From contig OZ220733.1 in assembly GCA_965116875.1 (NCBI GenBank), positions 2,528,001 to 2,592,000 of the forward strand: a stretch of 64,000 nt of DNA. The letters are read 5' to 3'. Below are positions 27,170-34,929 of the stretch, in pieces. Source of the DNA: Candidatus Latescibacterota bacterium. GTDB lineage: Bacteria > Latescibacterota > UBA2968 > GCA-2709665. Position numbers and translations under genes: made by a program. The first letter of the stretch is position 1. Each line of letters begins with the position of its first letter. The notes under the pieces are model-generated. The model was not told the DNA's origin. It did not search any database and was given only the letters and a program-made list of their open reading frames with translations.

Positions 27170-28008
27170 GCCATTGCCTCCTTCCCCGTCCGGATTGGCG
27201 CGGCGCCCTGCGCGGCCAGGATCCGCTCCGCGTTGCCCCGGAAAATCAGGTCCTTTTCTTCGTCCGTCAACGTTGCGTCGATGACCTTCCCCACGCTGCC
27301 GGACATGGTGCCGTCCGTGCCGAACAAGACCCTGTCGGCGCCCATTTCCGCCACGGCGAGTTCTACCTGGCCATCGTCAAGATTGCTGCCGCTGACGTCG
27401 CAGACCAGGCTGGGGGACGTGTCCCGCATTGCTCGGATGGTATTCTCCCAGTCGCCGCCGCCACCGATGTGGGCGTGAATGACGATCGCCTCAGGATACC
27501 GCCGGTTCATCTCCGCGAAGTGGGGTCCGTTTGAAATCAACGGCTGCCCGTCCAGGAATTCCCTGGAGGTGGGCAGGCCCGCGTGCTCGAGAAGCGGCAC
27601 CCTGCGCTCCGTGATGCGTTCGAGAACCGGATACACCGCCGGATCGTCGATGCGGTACTGGTTGTAGAGCTTGACGCCGATCATCCCCGCGTCGAGGCAT
27701 CGATCGATCTCTCCCACCGCGTCCTGATAGTGTCCCGGAATGACGAAACACAGACCCCGGATATGGTTGGGAAACCGTTTCATGGCCCGCAATACCGCGT
27801 CGTTCTCCGCGCGTACTTCCTCGATACTGGCGAGGCGACCGCCCGTAATGGGCGACGAACACCAGTATTCCGTTATGCCCAACATGTCGCCGGTGGCGAT
27901 CAGCCGCTCCGCGGACGTGGCCTCGTCCTCCTCGTTCCCCAGATTCCAGACGTGGCAGTGCACGTCGATCTTGGGACGGCGGAGCCATCGTTCGATATCC
28001 AGGCTCAT
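27166..28008 (-). CDS. Amidohydrolase-2 family protein
   Basis: IDVHCH, GVKL, LEHAG, HAHIGGG, VLFGTD. Confidence 0.85.
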   Translation of the reverse strand: MSLDIERWLRRPKIDVHCHVWNLGNEEDEATSAERLIATGDMLGITEYWCSSPITGGRLASIEEVRAENDAVLRAMKRFPNHIRGLCFVIPGHYQDAVGEIDRCLDAGMIGVKLYNQYRIDDPAVYPVLERITERRVPLLEHAGLPTSREFLDGQPLISNGPHFAEMNRRYPEAIVIHAHIGGGGDWENTIRAMRDTSPSLVCDVSGSNLDDGQVELAVAEMGADRVLFGTDGTMSGSVGKVIDATLTDEEKDLIFRGNAERILAAQGAAPIRTGKEAMA

Positions 28009-28040
28009 ATCAATTCCTCCGTGGGTTTGAATGCGAATAA

Positions 28041-28163
28041 AGCGATCAGCGATCAGCCGTCAGCAGTCAGCTAAAGACGAAAGGCAAGATCAAGAGCAAC
28101 CCCGCCACCCTGCCCCGCAGACCTCTCCCCCGGCCCCCTCTCCTGAAGGAAAGGGGGAGGAAA
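28041..28163. repeat. Composite heptamer + REP-like repeat, copy 2
   Basis: AGCGATCAGCGATCAGCCGTCAGCAGTCAGC...ACCTCTCCCCCGGCCCCCTCTCC, similar to 19430-19555. Confidence 0.65.
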
Positions 28164-28362
28164 GACGGGTTTCGCTCTATCAATGTATTTCACAGCCGGC
28201 AACCGGGGGTTTGGGGGGTTTTTCCGTGCGGATCCTTTATGTGCCGTAGGCAAGGTAGGACAGATTACCGGGCAAGGGCTTCTTCTCCCGTCTACCCTCT
28301 ACCGTCTCCCCGCCTTTCAGCGACCTCGTCCAGCGGACTCCTCGGAAAGAGCGACCGGCGAT

Positions 28363-30123
28363 TTACTCCCTATCCCAGGGAAACGCGAATGTGGGTTGAT
28401 TCGCATATCGCTTCGTGGTAACCACAAGCCGGCTGCCGCTTCCGGGCGCCAGTCGTACCGTGAAGAACGGACAGTCCATGGAATGGGTGATGCCATCAGA
28501 CTGAACCGCGGTCACCTGGTGTTCTCCGTAGGCGCCCGCCTGAACGATCAGCGTGCGATGATCCACGGGGTTCAGGTTTACCAGGGAGACCGTGGCCGTT
28601 TCGTCCGTCAACCCTTCCACGAGCGCCGCCACGTCCTCCGGTATCCCCGCCCGCCGTCGCACGGGATCGAAATATCGCAGGCGGCAGTGCAAGGCTTCGC
28701 CGTACCGTGGGTTCAATCCACCCAGCATCAACTGGGTCAGACAGCTGTTGATGGCCGGATTGAACTTCAGCGTATCGTCCGACATCCGGGTATCCGGCGA
28801 ACTGGTGTCCCGCCGCATTCCGTTCATCTTCTCGCGGATGGACGCGAACTCCCGTCGAAGGGCCGCCTCCGCGAATCCCTCGTTTTCGCCATCCAGAAAC
28901 TTCAGCCATGCGTCCTCGGGCACGTATTCCAAATCCCTGCGATCCATCGACCAGTAGTAGACGTCCACGGCGCCATGGTTGTAGGGCGATTCCTGGTAGT
29001 CATACCAGCCGTCGTCGCCGTACATGTGCGGGTACATGGTTGTTCCGTTCACCGTCCGTGAATTGCCATTCACCGCCGCGAGCATCCTGCGCCAGACGTC
29101 CACGTATTTTTGTTCGCCCGTCAGGAGCAGCGCGTTGCCAAAGCCCGCCACCCCACGGGAAATTGCATTCCTGTTCGACAGTTCGCCAGTCTGGGGCACG
29201 ACCACCGTAAACCCCCAGCCGTAGCACCCCCCGTACCATTTCCCGCCGCATTCGCCGCCGATTGTGCCGTCCAACCCGATATTGCTGGGTAGAATCCCGT
29301 TGTTCGCGGCGGCCCGTTCCGCCCAGGCATCCACGTACTCCACCACCCAGTCCCTGTATTTCCGATCTCCGTCGACCATATAGGCGTTCAGCCCCAGGGT
29401 GGTGGCCGCCAGGTTGATGGGATGATCGCCCACGACGTCGGTGTAGTCTTCAAAGTGCGCCAGCATCTCCTCGAAATTGCGTTCGCCGTGCGCCGGGTCG
29501 AACCGTCCCTCGATTTCGATCGGGTCACCCGCCCAGTCCAGCGCCGTCGCCTTCCGGAGCAGGGGCCCGCGGCTTCCGGTAAACAGGCTGCGGATGATCC
29601 TGTGCTCAGGATCGTAATTCTTCGCCTGTGGGTCCTCATCCATATAGAAACCCGCGTAACGGCGCGCACGGTGCTGAAAACGGTTATCGTACGGATCGGA
29701 CAGTCCCTGGAGATTGAACACGGCCAGGCTTTCGCCGTGGTGGAACCAGTCCAGGCTTACCGGGAACTCTTTATATATCATCCCGTCTCGCGCCAGCGGA
29801 ACGTCCGCGGTTTTCGCCTCCGTATACTGCAGCAGGTGCCCCTCCCACCCCAGTTTATACATGTCCAGAATGCAATCCGGCGCGCCCACCGCGTGCAGAA
29901 CGGGCCAACCCGTCAGGTTCTCGATGGCGTCGTCCGGACCGTCGTTCCCGCCCCAACGGGGTACGCACTGGAGATAGCCCCGCGAGTCAAAGTAGCGATG
30001 GAAGAATTCATCGCACGCCCGTGTCTGCGCCCGGATCAACGCCCGTTCGAGCAACGCCCATTCCGGCGGCGGCATGGGCGTCTCGATGGCAACGGTCAGT
30101 GCATTTGGATTCACTCTGGACAT
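28363..30123 (-). CDS. Conserved hypothetical protein (586 aa), probable alpha-helical barrel
   Basis: Start MSRVNP at 30123 with AAGGAA RBS; acidic/aromatic motifs WGGNDGPDDA, DWFHHGE, WYGGCYGW, GAYGEH. Confidence 0.75.
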   Translation of the reverse strand: MSRVNPNALTVAIETPMPPPEWALLERALIRAQTRACDEFFHRYFDSRGYLQCVPRWGGNDGPDDAIENLTGWPVLHAVGAPDCILDMYKLGWEGHLLQYTEAKTADVPLARDGMIYKEFPVSLDWFHHGESLAVFNLQGLSDPYDNRFQHRARRYAGFYMDEDPQAKNYDPEHRIIRSLFTGSRGPLLRKATALDWAGDPIEIEGRFDPAHGERNFEEMLAHFEDYTDVVGDHPINLAATTLGLNAYMVDGDRKYRDWVVEYVDAWAERAAANNGILPSNIGLDGTIGGECGGKWYGGCYGWGFTVVVPQTGELSNRNAISRGVAGFGNALLLTGEQKYVDVWRRMLAAVNGNSRTVNGTTMYPHMYGDDGWYDYQESPYNHGAVDVYYWSMDRRDLEYVPEDAWLKFLDGENEGFAEAALRREFASIREKMNGMRRDTSSPDTRMSDDTLKFNPAINSCLTQLMLGGLNPRYGEALHCRLRYFDPVRRRAGIPEDVAALVEGLTDETATVSLVNLNPVDHRTLIVQAGAYGEHQVTAVQSDGITHSMDCPFFTVRLAPGSGSRLVVTTKRYANQPTFAFPWDRE

Positions 30124-30316
30124 TGCGCTTCCTTTCAATCGACAACGAACATGGATACACAGGATAGGCAGGATTAAGGGCAAAGTCCGGAAAAACACGC
30201 AAACAAAGCGAGATGTCCCCTTATCAGCCCGTTGAAAAAGTCCATCCGGGCTGCGGCCGGCCGGGCGATCGTAAGATCCACGATGGCGAGAATCAATTCA
30301 CGGCGACGTTGAATGT

Positions 30317-30341
30317 GTAGGGGCAACCCTTGTGGTCGCCC
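30317..30341 (+). repeat. GTAG-family REP
   Basis: GTAG-GGGCAACC-CTTGT-GGTCGCCC, an imperfect palindrome preceded by GTAG. Confidence 0.65.
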
Positions 30342-30496
30342 GCTTTTCGACAAACCGCCGTAAAATAGGGAATGAGTCCCGGTCATACAACGCAAAAGGA
30401 CGCGCACGCGAAGTGCCGCGCAGGACAAATCGAGGCGGGATCGGGATCCACGTCTCACAGGAACCAGCGACAAAGTGACTGTTCGGAAGAAAAACC

Positions 30497-30525
30497 TTGA
30501 CGTGTAATTGCCGTTTATCTATCTT
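30497..30525 (+). promoter_or_regulatory. sigma70 promoter of the his leader
   Basis: TTGACG-N17-TATCTT, 9 nt before the leader ATG. Confidence 0.7.
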
Positions 30526-30534
30526 AGCGGCGCT

Positions 30535-30678
30535 ATGACACCACTCAACACCACTCCGGCCAATTTGCGGGAACCGGGCGATGTTTCCACCGGCTCCCTT
30601 TGCGCCTATGCCGTCCATTGCCATGCCCATCATGCGGGTACGGCGACGCTTCTCGCAATCTGCTCGGCGGTGGACTAG
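30535..30678 (+). CDS. Putative histidine attenuator leader peptide (47 aa)
   Basis: MTPLNTTPANLREPGDVSTGSLCAYAVHCHAHHAGTATLLAICSAVD*: four CAT codons within six codons, upstream of a terminator and his genes. Confidence 0.65.
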   Translation: MTPLNTTPANLREPGDVSTGSLCAYAVHCHAHHAGTATLLAICSAVD

Positions 30679-30706
30679 ATCTGGATTTCAATTGCTGCAA
30701 GTGAAC

Positions 30707-30736
30707 GCCCGCTGTCGAGAGACAGCGGGCTTTTTT
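30707..30736 (+). terminator. Intrinsic terminator (attenuator)
   Basis: GCCCGCTGTC-GAGA-GACAGCGGGC-TTTTTT: perfect 10-bp stem, GNRA loop, U6 tail. Confidence 0.85.
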
Positions 30737-30814
30737 GATGGGCAGCGCCGAATCTCGGATCCGGGGATGACCGCGGCGCTACAGGTCGGACCTATCATGG
30801 AGGGAGTGCTGAAA

Positions 30815-31582
30815 ATGGCACACAGCGACGACGCGTACGGACAAATGATGTGGGACTTGCATTGCGGCATACCCGCCCGGGAAATCGTGGAACGGGACGA
30901 CGGGTGCATTTCCGCCGGCAAGTCGCATGTTTATTTCGAGCCCTTCAGCGAATGGCCGCATCACCATCAGGAAGCGATGACCCACGTGTCGGGGCGCGTG
31001 CTCGATATCGGCTGCGGCCCGGGACGACACGCGATTCACCTTCAGCAGAAGGGATTCGACGTCATGGGCATCGATGCCTCGGCCCTGGCCATAAAGGTCG
31101 CCCGCGAGCGCGGCCTCAGGAAAACCGGCGTTCTGAACGTCACTCGGATCTCCTGCCGTCTGGGCGAGTTCGACACCCTGCTGATGATGGGCAACAATTT
31201 CGGTCTGTTCGGCAACCTGAAACGCGCCCGGTGGCTGCTGCGAAAAATGCGCAACATGACGTCGTCGGACGGGAGGATCATCGCCGAATCCCGGGATCCC
31301 TATGGGACCACGAGAAACGCGCATCTGGACTATCACGAAACCAACCGGAGGCGCGGCAGGTTTCCGGGCCAGCTCAGAATGCGGATCCGGTATGAACGGC
31401 TTGTCGGTGCCTGGTTCGAATATCTCATCGTTTCCCGAAAGGAAATGGCGTACATACTCGAAGACACGGGATGGAGGATTTCAAGGTTCATCCCCGAATC
31501 GGGACCCGCATACGTCGCCATTATCGATAAAACCCGAAGGTCAACCGATCCCGGGGAGGAAGGAAATCGCTATGGACATTGA
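30815..31582 (+). CDS. Class I SAM-dependent methyltransferase
   Basis: Start MAHSDDAYG at 30815 (GGAGGGAG RBS); VLDIGCGPGRH, GIDAS, FDTLLMMGNN. Confidence 0.85.
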   Translation: MAHSDDAYGQMMWDLHCGIPAREIVERDDGCISAGKSHVYFEPFSEWPHHHQEAMTHVSGRVLDIGCGPGRHAIHLQQKGFDVMGIDASALAIKVARERGLRKTGVLNVTRISCRLGEFDTLLMMGNNFGLFGNLKRARWLLRKMRNMTSSDGRIIAESRDPYGTTRNAHLDYHETNRRRGRFPGQLRMRIRYERLVGAWFEYLIVSRKEMAYILEDTGWRISRFIPESGPAYVAIIDKTRRSTDPGEEGNRYGH

Positions 31583-32000
31583 AAACGTACTTGAAGAGTG
31601 CACGGAGATCCGGCTCGATTTCGAGAAGCTTTCCAGGGTTGCGAATACCGGCCATGCCGTTATTCCCGCGGCCGTGCAGGACGTGGACAGCAAAGCCGTT
31701 CTCCTGATCGGCTACGTGAATGAACAGGCGCTGCGCCACGCGCTCGAACACCGCGTGGCGACATTCTGGAGTACGTCGCGCAACGAACTCTGGATCAAGG
31801 GGGCCACGTCGGGGGATATGCTCGACCTGATCGACGTGCGCGTCAACTGCGAGCAGAACTCGTTGCTCTATATTGTGCGCCTGAAGGGCGAGGGAACGTG
31901 CCACACGAAGGTCAACGATCGATCGCGCTATGGTTGTTATTACCGTAGAATCGTCAACGGAAGACTCGGATTCACGGATCCGAAAACCATCCCGGAGTAA
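31572..32000 (+). CDS. hisI: Phosphoribosyl-AMP cyclohydrolase
   Basis: VQD, FWSTSRNELWIKGATSG, NCEQNSLL, GTCHT, GCYY; start ATG 31572 overlaps the methyltransferase stop region. Confidence 0.88.
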   Translation: MDIENVLEECTEIRLDFEKLSRVANTGHAVIPAAVQDVDSKAVLLIGYVNEQALRHALEHRVATFWSTSRNELWIKGATSGDMLDLIDVRVNCEQNSLLYIVRLKGEGTCHTKVNDRSRYGCYYRRIVNGRLGFTDPKTIPE

Positions 32001-32003
32001 CCC

Positions 32004-32864
32004 ATGGACTTCACGCTCGGCCTGCCCAACGGCAGCATGCAGGCCCCGCTGTGCGACCTGCTTTCACGAATCGGCCTCGACGTTCGTCCACGGGGACGCA
32101 ACGGCCAGGTCCGTGTGGACGGGCTCGATCTGTTCAGTCAGGCCGTCTATATGCGGCCCCAGGACATTCCCGCCGCCCTGTTGAAGAGACAGATCGACTG
32201 CGGCATCTGCGGGCTGGACTGCGTGGTCGAAACCGAACTGTCCCGGACGGGCGCCTTCAACACCCGGATCGAACGCCTCCAGGAGTTGCGCATCAGCCGC
32301 GATACCCGCGACCCGGCGCGGGTCGTCCTGTTCGGCCGACCGGACAGTCCGCCACTGTCGCAAAATGCGACAGTTACGATCAGTTCGGAGTATCCGGCGA
32401 TCACCCGCGACCGGTACCCCAAAGCGGATGTCGATTTTTCACACGGCAGCACGGAAATCAAGGTGGCGATGAAGCTCTTCGACTACGGCGTGGGCGTTAC
32501 GATAACAGGCATCAGTCTGCGGGAAAACGGACTCGAGATCGCCGATGAGTTCATGGTATCGCCCATTGTCGTCATCGCGCGAAGCCGGATTCCCGAGTTC
32601 GTTGCCCTGGGAGACCTGATGGCCGGTGCGCTCGAGGCCGAAGACCAGCAACTCGTCAAGTTGAACGTGGATAACCATCAGAAAAACGCAGTCCTGGATG
32701 CGCTGCCTGCCCGGCGTGCGCCCACGCTCAGTCGACTGTCGGATTCCGCCAGCGCGATCGAGACCGTGGTGCCCAGATCGCAGACCGCAGGACTCCTGAT
32801 CCGCCTCCGGATCCTGGGCGCAACGGATATTGTCGTTCAGGACATCAATGCGATTGTGGGATAG
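32004..32864 (+). CDS. hisG: ATP phosphoribosyltransferase (long form)
   Basis: LGLPNGS, RPQDIP, DCGICGLD, SEYP, HGSTE, TGISLRENGL, and a C-terminal regulatory domain (LPARRAPTLS...GATDIV). Confidence 0.88.
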   Translation: MDFTLGLPNGSMQAPLCDLLSRIGLDVRPRGRNGQVRVDGLDLFSQAVYMRPQDIPAALLKRQIDCGICGLDCVVETELSRTGAFNTRIERLQELRISRDTRDPARVVLFGRPDSPPLSQNATVTISSEYPAITRDRYPKADVDFSHGSTEIKVAMKLFDYGVGVTITGISLRENGLEIADEFMVSPIVVIARSRIPEFVALGDLMAGALEAEDQQLVKLNVDNHQKNAVLDALPARRAPTLSRLSDSASAIETVVPRSQTAGLLIRLRILGATDIVVQDINAIVG

Positions 32865-32887
32865 CGCAGGACACCAAAGGCGGGCGA

Positions 32888-34048
32888 CTACGTCGGCGGG
32901 ACGACCGCGCCGCTCCAGAGCCGGTCGAGGAAATCCCGCCACGGCAGGATCAGAATACCGTCCGCGGTCCGGCGCGGCGCTGGCTCCCGCGAAACGACGA
33001 TGTGCCGGGCCAAATTGAACTCTTCCTTGTACGCTCGAATGCCCTTCAGGTGCCGGTCCTGGATCCGGGGCGTCGATTTGACCTCGAGAGCGACGTCTTC
33101 AAAGATGAAGTCGACCTCGTGGCCGGACGAGGTACGCCAGTACGAGACTGGGAAAAATGTCCCGGAATAGCTGGAATACGCTGACACTTCCATGAATATG
33201 AAGTGTTCGAAAGCGCGTCCGAACAGCTCCGAACCCGGTTGGACATGCCCGCGTCCCGTCAGATGGGCCACCACGCCGATATCGAAGAAATAGAACCGGG
33301 GCGCGACGACGACGCGGCGCTTCACACGTCTGCGAAACGCCGGTACGAAGCTCCCGATCAGAGTATCTTCCAGGATCTGGAGATACCCCTTCGCGGTGGG
33401 CGCGCTCACGCCGCATTCCGAGGCAATTGTGTTGTAATTGATTAACTCTCCGTTCGACAGGGCCGCGACTTCGAGAAATCGGCTGAAGGCAGGAATGTTC
33501 CGTGTCAACGCCTCGGCCGCGACTTCCTCTCGCAGGTAATCGCCGACGTAGGCCTGAATCAACCGGCGAGGCCGGGCGCTTGGATAATGCCTGGGCAGCA
33601 GACCGGCGTTCAGTGCCTTTTCAAGTGAGAAATCGGGAATTTCATGATAAACCAGCGGATGTAACTGATATCGGACGGCCCTCCCGCCAAGCAGATTGCC
33701 CCCACCGCGTTTCAATTTCCTCGCGCTCGATCCACACAGAAGAAAACGCAATCCCCTGTTTTCCACGAGCCAGTGCACTTCATTCAAAAGTTCCGGAATT
33801 CGCTGGACTTCGTCGATCACGATGGGATCGGCCTGAGAATCGCCATCCAATCCGGCGGCCAGACATTCCTCGCGAATCAACTCGGGCCGATCGATCAGCC
33901 GGCGATACACGTCGGCCAGCAGGAGGTCGTAACGCCTGGCCCGGGGATATAGCGTGCGGATGAGCGTGCTCTTGCCGGTCTGACGCGGACCCCACAAAAA
34001 ACACGTCTGTTGTTCCGTAAAATCTAAATTTAGTATTCGATTATACAT
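32888..34048 (-). CDS. AAA+ ATPase with DUF4143 domain
   Basis: GPRQTGKS, IDEVQ, CGSS, LGGRA, RFYFFDIG, FE, YWRT...EVDF...EVK. Confidence 0.9.
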   Translation of the reverse strand: MYNRILNLDFTEQQTCFLWGPRQTGKSTLIRTLYPRARRYDLLLADVYRRLIDRPELIREECLAAGLDGDSQADPIVIDEVQRIPELLNEVHWLVENRGLRFLLCGSSARKLKRGGGNLLGGRAVRYQLHPLVYHEIPDFSLEKALNAGLLPRHYPSARPRRLIQAYVGDYLREEVAAEALTRNIPAFSRFLEVAALSNGELINYNTIASECGVSAPTAKGYLQILEDTLIGSFVPAFRRRVKRRVVVAPRFYFFDIGVVAHLTGRGHVQPGSELFGRAFEHFIFMEVSAYSSYSGTFFPVSYWRTSSGHEVDFIFEDVALEVKSTPRIQDRHLKGIRAYKEEFNLARHIVVSREPAPRRTADGILILPWRDFLDRLWSGAVVPPT

Positions 34049-34056
34049 GAATATCT

Positions 34057-34085
34057 AAAATAGAGATTTATATATTCAAAGTCAA
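34057..34085 (-). promoter_or_regulatory. sigma70 promoter, probably leaderless transcript of the ATPase gene
   Basis: TTGACT-N17-TATTTT, 8 nt before the ATG; no RBS. Confidence 0.6.
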
Positions 34086-34199
34086 TCCGAATCTTTGAGA
34101 CCGTGTCTGACGGAATGATGGGGATGTCACGGCCTCCGTTGCGATCCCATCAGACCGAGCCAATGGTTCTCACGCAGGTCACGAAATCATCGGAAACCG

Positions 34200-34670
34200 C
34201 GGAGGTGGGGTTTCTTGGAAGCTCCTGTTCCGATAAGCGCCACCGCCGCTGGAAAAGCGCCGTTCAGGAATGTCACGGGTGATGATCTCCTACCGGCGCG
34301 CGGCGGTGTCTACAGCGCAGGATCGGTAAGTGGAGGAGATGCTGACGACGAAGACGAGGTTGATACCGAAGGATGCGGTACAGGACGTGGTCACCTCGGT
34401 GATCGCGGAGCGATATCCACTCAGACTGCCATCGCGATAATCGCCGAGGTATCCGTATTCGGCCCTCACAGTCGGGTGGGGATCGAAGAAATCGGAGGGT
34501 GCGTCCTGCAGTGTTGCGGAAATGGATCTTGGCGATTCTTGGTCGTTGCTTTTGGTATGGCATTCAGTCGCCCAAGTACCATGGTTCGCCTTTTGGCGGA
34601 TCCTTACCCTGTACGTCCGTGTTTCGTCTGTGGCGCAGTCAACCGTGAATTCCAACGTAACCACAGTGAA
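34200..34670 (-). pseudogene. Inverted fragment of the leishmanolysin surface-protein family
   Basis: DETRTYRVRIRQK..GTWATECHT...YGYLG..SFGINLVFV is homologous to 43120-43520 and 54320-54720; in-frame TAG at the conserved Trp (AARR*EIIT). Confidence 0.75.
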
Positions 34671-34929
34671 GCCGAAAGGAACGGTGTCTGTTGAAGGCAA
34701 TACATTAAGGCAGGCTGCGTAGACGCGGAACCCGGCACGGTGGGCTATACGGACGTCTCCAGTGCTTACAAGAGGCTGTCAATCGTTCACTATAAGATAA
34801 GCAGGTCCCGCAGCGCGCTGGAGAGGAGGTGGATTGCCATGTCCAAACGAACGGCGTCGATTCGCTGTGGGTTGTGCGGGACCTGGAAACGGCCTGCGGG
34901 CATATCAGGTTTTACTCTATGGTTCCCGT

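Noticed and set aside
30224-30358. Second MITE (CAGCCCGTTGAAAAAG ... CTTTTCGACAAACCG)
   Set aside because: The inverted match is weak and there is no clear target duplication.
30581-30814. N-terminal extension of the methyltransferase (333-aa ORF)
   Set aside because: It runs through the leader and terminator; a strong RBS supports ATG 30815.
34200-34670. Diversity-generating retroelement template or invertible cassette
   Set aside because: No reverse transcriptase or invertase nearby, the differences do not appear adenine-specific, and it contains a stop; better explained as a pseudogene fragment.
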